Below are positions 21,885 through 32,469 of a stretch of DNA of 64,000 nt, piece after piece; position 1 is the stretch's first letter, and every line of letters begins with the position of its first letter. Below the pieces are notes generated by a model. It saw only the letters and a program-made list of their open reading frames with translations, was not told the origin of the DNA and did not search any database. Position numbers and translations under genes: made by a program. This DNA comes from Actinomycetota bacterium (GTDB lineage: Bacteria > Actinomycetota > Aquicultoria > Subteraquimicrobiales > UBA9087), in assembly GCA_030019215.1 (NCBI GenBank), contig JASEEZ010000001.1:16588-80587 (forward strand), in the 5' to 3' direction.

Positions 21885-22382
21885 CTAGCTGAGCCAGCGC
21901 CCCACCCTTTCATCCCAATCCCCACCTCTGGGGATGATGTGAACCTCCCGAAGATTTTCCTCCAAAAGCCTTCTGAACTCTATCTCCAGATAAGCCGGGG
22001 GCAAAAGTGGAGCAATCTTGTCACCCCACTCGATCACCGTCACCCCATCTCCATAAAAATACTCCTCGTAGCCCAACTCCATCAGTTCGGTGAGGGACTG
22101 AAGACGGTAGACATCGAAATGATATAGAGAGAAGGCGTTCTTGTACTCCTTGATCAAGTTGAAGGTGGGGCTGGTGATCTTCTTCTCGATGCCCAGCCCC
22201 CGAGCGAGACCATGAGTAAAACAAGTTTTTCCCGCCCCCAAATCCCCCGTGAGACTAAGGACATCTCCTGAACGCAAAAGAGGAGTCAGCTTCCCGGCCA
22301 GCTCCTGCGTCTCTCGACTGGACTTGGTGAGAACTTTGTAGATCCTCGTGGGCAATTTTGATTCCTGATGCTCGATCCTCAT
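21885..22382 (-). CDS. tsaE: t6A biosynthesis ATPase TsaE
   Basis: GDLGAGKT, TSPTF, YHFDVYRL, IEWG. Confidence 0.96.
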   Translation of the reverse strand: MRIEHQESKLPTRIYKVLTKSSRETQELAGKLTPLLRSGDVLSLTGDLGAGKTCFTHGLARGLGIEKKITSPTFNLIKEYKNAFSLYHFDVYRLQSLTELMELGYEEYFYGDGVTVIEWGDKIAPLLPPAYLEIEFRRLLEENLREVHIIPRGGDWDERVGRWLS

Positions 22383-22407
22383 CGTCCCGCGCCCAAAACC
22401 CGCTTCA

Positions 22408-23001
22408 CTAAAACAGCCCCATCTGCTCTGGCTCTTTCGGAGGGGGCTCCACGCCCTGGGCCAAGAACTCCTTCAACTTCAGAAAATCCTCCTCAAGCAC
22501 AGACAGATTGGTGCGCATATGCAAAGCAGCGGCGGGGTGGTATATGGGGAAAACGTAATAGTTGTTGCCCCCAAATCTTCTGCCATGAACTCTGGATATA
22601 GAAACATTCTTGTTCAAAAGGACACGCGTTGCGTGATTTCCCAGAGTGCAAACGATCTTGGGGGCTATCATCTCAATCTGCTTGTAAAGGTAGGGCTTGC
22701 AGGCTTCCACCTCCTCGGGTAGAGGATCCCTATTTTGAGGGGGCCGGCACTTTATAATATTGGCAATATATACTTCATTCCTGGTCAACCCGATGGAGGC
22801 TAGCAATTTGTCCAAAAGCTGCCCGGCGGCTCCCACAAAAGGCTCACCCTGCTGATCCTCGTAGTAACCAGGGGCTTCGCCGACGAACATCAGATCAGCA
22901 TTCTCACTCCCCACACCGAAGACCACCTGAGTACGACCTTTTGCTAAAGGGCACTTCTGACAATCTTTTATCCTCTCGTAGAACTCCCGAAGTATCTCCA
23001 C
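22408..23001 (-). CDS. Uracil-DNA glycosylase family 4
   Basis: CQKCPL, VGEAPG, PFVGAAG, KCRPPQNRDP, YHPAA. Start moved to GTG 23001. Confidence 0.92.
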   Translation of the reverse strand: MEILREFYERIKDCQKCPLAKGRTQVVFGVGSENADLMFVGEAPGYYEDQQGEPFVGAAGQLLDKLLASIGLTRNEVYIANIIKCRPPQNRDPLPEEVEACKPYLYKQIEMIAPKIVCTLGNHATRVLLNKNVSISRVHGRRFGGNNYYVFPIYHPAAALHMRTNLSVLEEDFLKLKEFLAQGVEPPPKEPEQMGLF

Positions 23002-23011
23002 CGACCACCTC

Positions 23012-23230
23012 TCACTTGACGCTACAGGTATCACAGCTGGTCGCGGAGCAACTGGCACAAGACGAGGCACTGCTCCGCCCGCTCGACTTGAAGCCAAAGG
23101 TGGAAAAGCATTTCCTCAAATTCTTCTTACCGCAATTCGAGCATTTGAGGGTGGAATCCTTACCCCCGACGCTCATCAAGACATCGAATCTATTTCCGCA
23201 ATTCAGACAGTCGAATTCGTAGATGGGCAT
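23012..23230 (-). CDS. FmdB-family zinc-ribbon protein
   Basis: MPIYEFDCLNCG...CSNCG; Cys/Ser-rich tail. Confidence 0.85.
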   Translation of the reverse strand: MPIYEFDCLNCGNRFDVLMSVGGKDSTLKCSNCGKKNLRKCFSTFGFKSSGRSSASSCASCSATSCDTCSVK

Positions 23231-23369
23231 AATCGGCCTCCAGCCCAATTGGCACTCAACTTTAATTTTACCAACTTTAAATGGGGCGGGCAATTCAGAT
23301 CCTCATATGGGATTCTCATATGAGGTGCCCTTTTATTTAATTGGAGCTTGAAATCGATGAGAAAAATGC

Positions 23370-23762
23370 TCTTCTCATTTATCTTTGAGACCAAATCCAA
23401 TCCATGAACATAACCTTGGACTACACTGTTATTCTCGTTTCTTTCCTGTAACACCTGTGTAAGTGGATTGGAGATGTCGTTGATGTAGTTTGTTACTTCC
23501 TTCTTTCCATCGGGCTTGGTTTCAATTCTGCTTATCCTATTTCCAAGCCCATCGTATTCGTACTCTATAACTTTGGTTTCGTCACCCTTTACTATCTCCA
23601 CCTTTTCCAGTCTGTTCTGGAAGTCGTAGGTGTATGTCCTGGTTTCTTGTTCCTCATCAACTTTTGATTTTACCTGAGCTATCATATTTCCATTCTCATC
23701 GTAGGAGAAAGTGGTTACTTTATCCTTTTCCGTTATCTTAAGCAGTTGATTGGCTTGGTTGT
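23370..23762 (-). pseudogene. Orphan RHS core fragment
   Basis: Diverged copy of about 25100-25495 (YDFQNRLEKVEIVxGDETKVIEYEYDGLGNRISRIET...LDLVSKINEK), truncated on both sides. Confidence 0.8.
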
Positions 23763-23857
23763 GTTTTATTGGTTGACCTCTCGCCTGAAGGTTGATTAAA
23801 AGATGGAGCGGTAACCCACTTCTTTAGAAAAAATCATTAACGATTTTGCAACTTAGT

Positions 23858-24373
23858 TTACTTGCCGGGCTTTCTTCCTCTAAAAAAGATGACAAGGACA
23901 ACGCCCAGCAAAATTAAGGCAAAGGCAAGTTCTAGAACGAATCCTGTAAATAATAGCGCTCCGCCGTATTGTTGGAACAAAAGCCAATACAAAAACACAG
24001 CGAAAAATAATGCAGGCAGAAGGATGACCAAAATGATTTTGCTTTTCCATACAGACCTTTCTTCACTCGAGTAATACCGAGTTTGCTTTCGCTCACTTCT
24101 CTTTCCAAAGAGCTCTACTCCTATTGAGACTACCGTGTAAAGTAACGCGCCGATGGGAAGAACCCAGCCAACAACTCTCGCTAAAGGATTTTGGGGCAGA
24201 GCAAATAGTAAGAAAGCTCCCAACTGCAAATGCCCCGCATAGGAGCGCAAGCTGGCGAAAACCGATCCATTCACCCGTTGCCCACCAATGCATGATCATA
24301 TGCCAAGCAGTAAAAAAGACTACAACCACGATAAAAATAGCAAGAAACACAAGATCAACAGAACCCATTCGCA
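23858..24373 (-). CDS. Putative membrane immunity protein, apparently frameshifted near 24190
   Basis: ATG 24373 (RBS AAGGA) lies just after the toxin-frame stop. Hydrophobic helices begin in ORF 24093..24428 and continue in ORF 23858..24274. Confidence 0.55.
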
Positions 24374-24379
24374 TTTTCC

Positions 24380-27300
24380 TTAAAATCTCGGTCCGATGAG
24401 GAGAGGCCCAGCGGGAGTAAGGCCCCACTCCCGACAGAGATAGAGATATTTAGCTGTGTTGTAGGTTCGCCAGTATTTGTAGGATGCGACATATATGCCG
24501 CGTAGCATGTTGTAATCCTTCCAAAGTTGCACAGATCGCCTGGTTCCACCAGCGGCCCTGTAAATGCAGTAGGCAAATCGCAGGTAAGGAACTGCAGAAG
24601 CCCAGTTCTTTTGAACTGCTTTTAAGATAAGAAACGTGATAGACTTTGCATATATGTCGATGCCCAACTCAGCAGCCTACCGATTTAAGATAACCTCTGT
24701 TTTCTCGCTGGCCATCACATCAAATATGGCTTGTCTTCTTGCAAGCCCTCTGGGAATGCCACCATAGGCATCTACATAGTTAACTGGATCGTTTATGCAA
24801 TAGATATACTTGTGAAGAGTTAAGGGTATTTCCTCAAACCCCTCAAATGGATCCTTTGTTGCAAACCTACCAACTTCTGGCATGTAATACCTGGCTCTGA
24901 GGTAGAGAAGATCAGTTACCTGATCGTAATCCTCTCCAGTAAACCCGTAAGTGTTGGCTCTTTCTCCACCCTCGCCGAATTTAGAGTTAGGATCGGGAAC
25001 TCCAAACTCGTCATAGCTGTATCTCGCTATCAAAGAACCTTTCTCATTGGTTAATCCTACTACTGAACCCAAACCATCATAGAGGTAGTAATCGGGTTTG
25101 TTCTTCTCATTTATCTTGCTTACGAGGTCCAGTCCTTGAACATAGCTTTGAACCACACTGTTGTTTCCATCTCTTTCCTGCAAAACCTGTGCGAGTGGAT
25201 CGGAGATGTCGTTTATGTAGTGGATGGTTTCCTTTTCTCCATCCTCGTCGGTTTCAATCCTGCTTATCCTATTTCCTAATCCATCATACTCGTATTCTAT
25301 AACTTTGGTTTCGTCACCCCTTACTATCTCCACCTTTTCCAGTCTGTTCTGAAAGTCGTAGTGATAAGTTCTGGTTTCTTCTGTCTCGCTGTCTTCGTAT
25401 TCTACCTGAGCAATCATGTTTCCACTCTCATCATAGGAGAAAGTAGTGACCTTATCTTTCTCTATCACTTTAAGCAATCTGTTTGCCGCATCGTATTCGT
25501 AGATTATTTCTTTTTCTGGTTTCTCTTTTGAACTGGCCTCTGAACCTTGGCCGCTGGCCTCTGACTTCCCTTTTGTTTCCACCAGTGACAGCCTATTTCC
25601 TACCTTGTCATACGCGTAAGTTCTCACACTATTTTTCTCGGCCACCTGGACGAGCTGATTCAGTGGATCATATCCATATTCTGTTATCTCCTCGTTCTTT
25701 CCTTCATCCTTTTCAACCACTTTTATCCTGTTTCCGTTTGAATCATAGGTGTAGGAGAAGGAGGGAAGAGCTTTCTCGTTTTTGCTTTTTCCGGCTCGAC
25801 CAATGTTGGTGAGATTGAGCAATCTATTTGCCTGATCGTATTCGTAGCTCGTCCTAACTCCGTTGGGAAGGGAAGTTTTGACGAGATTCCCGGCGGGATC
25901 GTAGGAGTAGGTGGTATTTTGATTCAGCCAATCTTTTACCTTCTCAAGCCTGTTTACCTCGTCATAGCTGTAGCTTACAACTTTTCCATCTGGATAGGTG
26001 ACGGAGGTTCTGAGACCTAGCTCATCATAGGCGTAAGTAACGATGTTTCCTCGGGGGTCAATCGTCCTAACCAAGTGGCCAAGTTCATCGTATTCATATA
26101 TCCAGGTGCCGTACTCATCTACCATCTTTATGAGCCTTCCCAAGGCATCGTATTCGAAGGTAACGGCTTTACCATCGGGATAGGTTATCTTTTTAAGTTG
26201 ATCATTGGCGTCGTATTCATAGGTAGTGGTTCTACCCAGGGCATCTGTTTGAGATGCCCTATTTCCGTTCGCGTCGCAGGTAAAGCTGGTCACATTCCCG
26301 AGTGGGTCTGTTGTGTTAACCAAGTTTCCAACGGGATCATAGAAATAGAGTGTGGCATTTCCGTTGGCATCGGTAACTTTTGTTAGATTCCAGAGGTGAT
26401 CGTAGGAGTAATAGGTCTCACTTCCCAGGGCGTCTATCACTTTGCTCAAGCGATTTAGAGAATCGTAGGAGTAATTAGTCTCATTTCCCTTAGCGTCGGT
26501 TACTTTCAAGAGATTGTTGTTGGCATCGTATGCGTAGGAGATGGACTCGCTCAAAGCGTTGGTTATCTTAAGCAGGTTTCCCCTCAAATCGTAAGAGAGA
26601 TTGGTCTCGTTTCCGTTTGGATCCTTGGCCGAGAGGAGATTTCCTAAGATGTCGTAGGCATAGGTGTAGGTGTTTCCTTGCGGGTCGGTTATCTGACTCA
26701 GGTTTCCATATTCATCGTAGGAGAGGTTGGTTTTCCTTTCCTTGGCATCGGTAATTGAGACCAGAAGACCCTTGCCATCGTAGGAGAATCGGGTTACGGC
26801 ATTTTTCGGGTCGGTAATTGAGACAAGGTTGGAGTTATCATCGTAGCCCATCTGGAAGACATTACCCAAGGGGTCGGTGAAAAAGACAAGGTTGTCAGCC
26901 GAATCGTAGGAAAAAACTGTCTTGTTCCCCTTTCTATCTGTGGTTTCAAGAAGATTTCCCCTGTTATCGTAGAGAAATTGGGGTTTGTTGCCCTTCTCAT
27001 CGGTCACTGAGTCTCTGTTTCCATAAGAGTCGTAAGTGTAAATTGTTTCATTACCAAGAGGATCAACCCTTTTAGTTAAGCGGTATTCCTCATCGTAGAA
27101 GTCGATCGTCTCTCCGCCACCCTCATCTGTTATGGTGGTCTTTTTGTTTACCTCATCGTAGGAGAAGATAGTTTTTTCACCCAAGGCATTTGTCTGCTCG
27201 ATTACCCTTCCCTCGCCATCGTAAGTGTTGGCTATGAAGGTGTTTCCCTTTGGTTCCGTGTAACTCATCAGATGGTGCTCATCGTCGTAGGTGCAGGTGG

Positions 27301-28489
27301 TGGCGTTTCCTTCCGCGTCCGTTGCCGAGATGAGATTGTCATTTTCATCGTAGGAGTAGGTGAATTCTCTTTGTGCGGGATCAGCTATCTTGATGATGTG
27401 ATTGTTTGAGTCATAGGTGAAGACAAGACTCCTTCCAAAGGGATCGGTTACGGTTTTAAGTAAATCGCCATAGTAAGTTAAGGCGATGGTATTTCCGTTC
27501 TTATCGACGATTGATGTCAGTTTCCCTTCCGAGGAGAAGTTGTATTTTGTCTTATCCTTTTCTCTCAAAGTAAAGGTTCCATCGGGATTCTTGACCAAAG
27601 TGGAGAATATCTCCAAGGGAGGTTTGTATGAGCCATCGGCCTGCTTTTCAAAGCAGTCTCTTCTTCCATCATCTCTCATCACAATGGCGGTTTCATCTTC
27701 GAAGGAGAGATTTATGTTGTATGTGTGCGTCCAGCCAACACCTAAGGGGCCTACGTAGTCGTCTCGGGAGTTGTAGCTTCTGGTAAGCTCTAAAGCTGGT
27801 TGAGAGGGGATGGATAGATCTTGGTATTCGTAGAAGTAGTTTCCGGTGGGGGTATAGACGGGTTCCCCGTACTGATTGGGTTGATGTCCGTAGCGGGCCT
27901 GCACGACCCGGGTGGGAGCCACCCTGGTTGGCGTGATGGCCACGACCACGAGGTCCTGATAGTCCCTGTCACCGCCACCGAACAGGTCCTCCCAGCCTAT
28001 GATGTACTCGTCTTGGGTCCTAGTCCTGAATATCCAGGCGTGATCAAACCCATCCGCGTTCAGCTCTGACTAGGTGTACCAGTTGAGATGGGAATACCAC
28101 TGGGGATTCACGTAATAACCGATGCAGGTCACATCCGAGGGGATGGTGAAGGTGACGACATCACCGGGAACGTTTGCCCCACCGAAGACGAGCGCCCTTC
28201 TTCCCGGATTGCCCACCTGATACCAACCGAAGGAGGATCCAGCGGCCATGGCCGAATACTCCGCAAGAAGCCTGGCCCTATATGTTGCTCCTCTGACCAC
28301 CTGGAAGGTTTCGATTCCGGTCTCATCGGTTGCGACGTTGATATAAGAATAGCCTGCGCTGTTTAAGATCTGCTGCAGGCTTGGTTCCCACTCCGCCATC
28401 GCCGGGCTTAAAGGCATGAGATTTACCAGCAAGGCCATCGTTACCATCAATGCGATTAGACGATTTCTCATCTTTTCCTCTCCCTTCAC
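24380..28489 (-). CDS. Secreted RHS/YD-repeat polymorphic toxin: signal peptide, DUF4114-like domain, DUF6531-like domain, RHS core, unknown C-terminal toxin; two in-frame TAG codons
   Basis: ORFs 28070..28489, 24677..27949 and 24380..24667 share one frame, separated only by TAG 28070-28072 and TAG 24677-24679. YD repeats, YLRARYY, DPVNYVDAYG. Confidence 0.85.
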
Positions 28490-28604
28490 ATCCCCACAAC
28501 TTAAAAAGGGGCCAGTTTATTCCAGCCCCTCTTAGTTGTTGCATCTTTTGGTGTAGTGTAGATGAGAGAAATTGTGCCGCTGTGAATTTGCTTTGACGTT
28601 AATT

Positions 28605-28631
28605 TTATCGGCAAATTTTCTATTTTCTTTA
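28605..28631 (-). promoter_or_regulatory. Sigma-28-type promoter for the RHS locus
   Basis: TAAA-N15-GCCGATAA on the minus strand, about 115 nt upstream of the RHS start. Confidence 0.75.
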
Positions 28632-28799
28632 GGCTCTTTATGAAAATTTTTTGTGGAAATGTGGAGCCCCACGGACTGATGTCCGTGGCACCTCCGCATG
28701 CTTCGTCAGGGCGGAACCCTTCCGAAGGGTAAAAAATGTTCATTTAAGTTTTCACATGAGGAGGAAGATTTCAGGGGAGCTTTCCTTGAAAAATGTAGC

Positions 28800-29318
28800 C
28801 TATTTGAATTCGGTGAACTCAAGGGGACTTCGCCGGGAAGGTTTGGGCTTGGGTAAAGCGGGATAACCCAGAGGAACGATCGCCACCGACCTGATATGAG
28901 GGGGAAGATTTAGGAGATCGGAGACCCTCCGTTCATCGAAGGCCCCCACCCAGCAGGTTCCCAATCCCTCCGCCCAAGCCGCCAAGAGCAAATTCTCGAT
29001 GGCAGCAGCGGTATCCTGAATGGCGTAAAGGGTGGTGCCTCGAGTGCCATAACCGCTGGAGCACGCCCTCAGATCGGTACAAACCACGATAACCACGGGG
29101 GCCTCGGCAACGAAGGACTGACCGAGAGCGGCTCGAACCAGCCCTTCTTTTATGGAGGGGTCACGGATCACCCAAAAGCGCCAGGATTGAATGTTCCCGG
29201 CCGAGGGGGCCTGGCAGGCCGCCTCCAAGAGTTTCGTGACCAGCTCAGGAGGGACATCTTTGATTCTATCGAAATTTCTCACGCTTCGCCTACCGTATAT
29301 CGCCTCATAAACATCCAT
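28800..29318 (-). CDS. Nitroreductase-family flavoprotein
   Basis: RRSVRNF, APSAGNIQ, GLGTCWVGAF, PLGYP. Confidence 0.92.
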   Translation of the reverse strand: MDVYEAIYGRRSVRNFDRIKDVPPELVTKLLEAACQAPSAGNIQSWRFWVIRDPSIKEGLVRAALGQSFVAEAPVVIVVCTDLRACSSGYGTRGTTLYAIQDTAAAIENLLLAAWAEGLGTCWVGAFDERRVSDLLNLPPHIRSVAIVPLGYPALPKPKPSRRSPLEFTEFK

Positions 29319-29322
29319 TCAC

Positions 29323-29745
29323 CTACTCCTCCCGCACCCAGTTAACCCTGACGAACTCCTCCTTCTTGAGCCACGTTATTTCGAGTTTTCCCGAAAAGGC
29401 TTTTTCAAACTCCTTACCGATGCGCTCGGCCAAGACATGATCGGTCGTTTCAACCGTTATGCCCTCGTCGTCCTCCATCAGCTCAAATATTCGAGCAGCC
29501 ACGTTTTTTCTCCTCTTTTTCTCCGCAACGTTCTTTATGAGATTGAGCGCCTCCTCCCTGTGTTCCTTCAAAAATTTCCCTTTCAGATGAACAACCCCAT
29601 CCACCCTCCTCTTCTCCAGGCGATCACAGCCGGGGCACAGGGCCGCCTCCACCTTCCCCCTCTTTTTGAGTCTGAGGTACTCCTCTTCGTCGTAGATCCA
29701 CTTTTGACCGTCGAAGACCGCCACGCATTTAGAGCAGATTTTCAT
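29323..29745 (-). CDS. BCAM0308-family (NMD3-like zinc-binding) protein
   Basis: ICSKC...W...LCPGC...G.VHLKG.F...HREE...ETTDHVLAERIG...VRVNW. Confidence 0.75.
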   Translation of the reverse strand: MKICSKCVAVFDGQKWIYDEEEYLRLKKRGKVEAALCPGCDRLEKRRVDGVVHLKGKFLKEHREEALNLIKNVAEKKRRKNVAARIFELMEDDEGITVETTDHVLAERIGKEFEKAFSGKLEITWLKKEEFVRVNWVREE

Positions 29746-30268
29746 CTTCGCCTCCTCTGGAATCCTTCACCAACTTTGCCACCTCAGAAACCAGGGCATC
29801 CCTGTTGCCCGGGGTTACCACCAGGAGGTGAACATCTTTTCTCCTCTTGATCTCCTCCACAAAGGGATCGGAAATCCTCCCGATCGTCGCCAGAACGAGG
29901 GAACCACCGTCCAAAGCACTCAACGCAGCGCTTCTGAACCTCGCCGAATGGAGTTCCATCTTTCCAATTTCGTCGATGACCACAGTCTTTTCCTCTCGAA
30001 CAGCCCGTTCCACAGCAGAAACTCCCAACCACTCAAAGACCTCAATGTCCACCCCGTATTTACCCACCCGAAAGGGGCTCTCGATATCGACATGGGCAAG
30101 AACCCCCTCCTGCCCATCGAAGTTGGTCACCTTAAAGCCCTTCCTGATGCCCTTCTCTCGAATCTCCTCAGTGTAGAAGCCGCCCACTTCACCGGACATC
30201 TCTTCAAGAACCCTTCTTATCAGAGTCGTTTTCCCAACTCCAGGAGAACCCGTGATTAAAATGTTCAA
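29729..30268 (-). CDS. Nucleoside triphosphatase (NTPase_1/THEP1)
   Basis: ITGSPGVGKTT, GGFYTEEIR, RVGKYGVD, IDEIGKMEL. Confidence 0.9.
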   Translation of the reverse strand: MNILITGSPGVGKTTLIRRVLEEMSGEVGGFYTEEIREKGIRKGFKVTNFDGQEGVLAHVDIESPFRVGKYGVDIEVFEWLGVSAVERAVREEKTVVIDEIGKMELHSARFRSAALSALDGGSLVLATIGRISDPFVEEIKRRKDVHLLVVTPGNRDALVSEVAKLVKDSRGGEDENLL

Positions 30269-30294
30269 GGCCCCTCTCCTAAAACCATCCTCAA

Positions 30295-30834
30295 TCAATC
30301 CGTGATCTTCAAATCGAGAGCGACTACGAAACCTCTCAGCTCTCTGGCCATCGATTCACCCTTGATGCGGTACTCCCCGACGGAGACCAGCTGCCCCTGC
30401 AAATCCCGTTGGTCCCAGGAAACCGCGTGCACCTCCCTTTGACCGGGCTCAAAAACATCCTCCCGCAACATCATGGTAAAGACCTTGTCCACCGACCATC
30501 GCCAGATCTCCTTTCCCTGAAAATCATCCACGACAACGTCGAACTTCTGACCGGATGAAAAGGAAAGTTTCCTAGGAGCATCACCGACATTCTCCAGGAC
30601 AAGCTTGATGGGAATTGCCCTCCCGGTTTTAACCTCCGCTTGGGGGATCTCGAGAGTGATCTTGATCTCTTTCACCTCAATGACCTCGTAGTTCTTCCGA
30701 GGAGCGGGAGTAATGGGGGGAACCTTTTGGGTCTCCCGCGCTGGGGGAGCGATCACCAGACGAATGATCACCAGACAAAGAAAGGCTCCCGCCAAAATCG
30801 CCAGCAACAAAAACAAAAACTTTCTATTGCTCAC
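30295..30834 (-). CDS. Membrane-anchored BsuPI-like (proteinase inhibitor) domain protein
   Basis: N-terminal TM helix; LSFSSGQKFD...EIWRWS..KVFT...WDQRD..G..V..GEY. Confidence 0.7.
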   Translation of the reverse strand: MSNRKFLFLLLAILAGAFLCLVIIRLVIAPPARETQKVPPITPAPRKNYEVIEVKEIKITLEIPQAEVKTGRAIPIKLVLENVGDAPRKLSFSSGQKFDVVVDDFQGKEIWRWSVDKVFTMMLREDVFEPGQREVHAVSWDQRDLQGQLVSVGEYRIKGESMARELRGFVVALDLKITD

Positions 30835-31993
30835 AACCGACCTCGAAAAAGGGAGGCAGGCCTTTGTAAACCCTGGGCACCCTCTCGCTTATCATGCAAA
30901 CGATCTCGTAGTTGATCGTCCCCAGAATCTCAGCGAGCTCGTCGGCGGGTATTTCCTCCCCATCCTGCCGACCGAGCAGCACAACCTCGGTTCCCACCCT
31001 TGCATCAGGGTTGTCTCCGATATCGACCATGCACTGATCCATGCACACGTTTCCCACTACCGGAGCCCGCCTCCCCAATACGAGAACATCGCTCCTATTG
31101 GAAAACAACCTGGTATAGCCATCACCATAGCCGAGAGGGAGAATAGCAATCCGGGTGTCTCTGGATGCTCTGTAGGTGAGACCATAGCTCACGCCTTCCC
31201 CAGGAGCGAGAGATCTCATGGCAGAAATCCGAGTTTTCCACTCCAGGGCGGGAATTAAGGAGACCTTTCCCTTCGTAGCCGAGGAAGGGTGAAGACCGTA
31301 CAGAGTGATACCGATTCGCACCATATCTAAGTGGGTTTTTGGGAAAAAGATGGTCGCCGCGCTGTTCGCCGCATGCCTCAAGGGAATCCTAAGCCTCCTC
31401 CCCTCCAGCTCCGAGAGGAGATTCTCAAACTTCCCAAACTGCTCCATCGTGTAATCATCTTCGGGCTGATCCGCCAGGGCAAAATGAGTGAATATCCCCT
31501 CGACCTCAAGATTTTTTAAAGCCCCCAGGCGTTCCAAAAAAGCCGGTGTCTCCTCAGGTGAAAGCCCCAAGCGACTCATGCCGGTGTCTACCTTCACGTG
31601 AACCTTGACGACCTTATCTCTCTCCTGAGCCCAGCGAGAGAGCTCCTTTAACAACTCCCAGGAGCAGACAGTGGGAATCAAATTGTGATCGACGACCAAC
31701 TCGGCAGCAGAGAAGGGAACCTCATGCAAAACTTGAATGGGGGCCTCAATCCCCACTCGGCGAAGCCTCACACCTTCCTCGACCAGAGCCACACCGAGTC
31801 TGTCCGCTCCGCTTTCCAAAACCACTCGGGAGACCTCTTCGATTCCATGACCATAGGCATCGGCTTTTACTACCGCCATGAACAAGGTAGTTGGCTCGAT
31901 GAAACTTCTCATGACGGCAACATTCTTTCGAATAGCCGAAAGATCCACCTCAGTCCAGACTGGCCGTCGGTAACCCAAAAGAGCCCCCTTCAA
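30824..31993 (-). CDS. alr: Alanine racemase
   Basis: AVVKADAYGHG, KVDTGMSRLG, HAANSAA, VSYG, GYGDG, CMDQ, TINYE. Confidence 0.97.
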   Translation of the reverse strand: MKGALLGYRRPVWTEVDLSAIRKNVAVMRSFIEPTTLFMAVVKADAYGHGIEEVSRVVLESGADRLGVALVEEGVRLRRVGIEAPIQVLHEVPFSAAELVVDHNLIPTVCSWELLKELSRWAQERDKVVKVHVKVDTGMSRLGLSPEETPAFLERLGALKNLEVEGIFTHFALADQPEDDYTMEQFGKFENLLSELEGRRLRIPLRHAANSAATIFFPKTHLDMVRIGITLYGLHPSSATKGKVSLIPALEWKTRISAMRSLAPGEGVSYGLTYRASRDTRIAILPLGYGDGYTRLFSNRSDVLVLGRRAPVVGNVCMDQCMVDIGDNPDARVGTEVVLLGRQDGEEIPADELAEILGTINYEIVCMISERVPRVYKGLPPFFEVGCEQ

Positions 31994-32448
31994 TCCCTGG
32001 CTATCGCCCTGACGATATCCCCCTTGGTCACCATCCCCACTATCTTGTCCCCACGAAGGACGGGAACTCGGCTGACATCCTTCTCGACCATGAGAGTGGC
32101 GATCTCTTCCAGAAGGGTATCCTCGCTCACCGTAACAACATTGGAGGTCATAACATCCTCCGCCCGTGCACCCACAGCCTTTCTTAATTCCCTCTCAAAC
32201 TTTCCAAAACTCTGAAGGAAGATAAAGCCATCGAGAAGGTGAATGTAGGTCGGGAAATGAATGCGGACATCCTGCATTATCAGGTCACCCTCGGTAACGA
32301 TCCCGACCAGTTTGCCGTTCTCGTCGACGACAGGAGCCCCGCCGATCTTTCTCTCGGCAAATAGCTTCGCCACCTCTTTCACTGGAGTTCCCTCCTCAAT
32401 GACCAGAACTTCTTTACTCATAACATCCCTGGCCTTTAATTCTCCCAT
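31990..32448 (-). CDS. CBS-pair domain protein
   Basis: Two CBS repeats (GAPVVDENGKLVGIVTEGD; VPVLRGDKIVGMVTKGD). Start ATG 32448 with RBS GAGGAGG. Confidence 0.9.
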   Translation of the reverse strand: MGELKARDVMSKEVLVIEEGTPVKEVAKLFAERKIGGAPVVDENGKLVGIVTEGDLIMQDVRIHFPTYIHLLDGFIFLQSFGKFERELRKAVGARAEDVMTSNVVTVSEDTLLEEIATLMVEKDVSRVPVLRGDKIVGMVTKGDIVRAIARD

Positions 32449-32469
32449 TCCTTCCTCCTCCGTTGCTGG

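Noticed and set aside
23200..28500. Diversity-generating retroelement template/variable repeat pair
   Set aside because: Differences between the RHS copies are not adenine-specific, and there is no reverse transcriptase in the window.
28663..28730. IS200/IS605-type end hairpins (GAGCCCCACGG...CCGTGG)
   Set aside because: Suggestive, but single-copy with no tnpA or tnpB; too weak to call.
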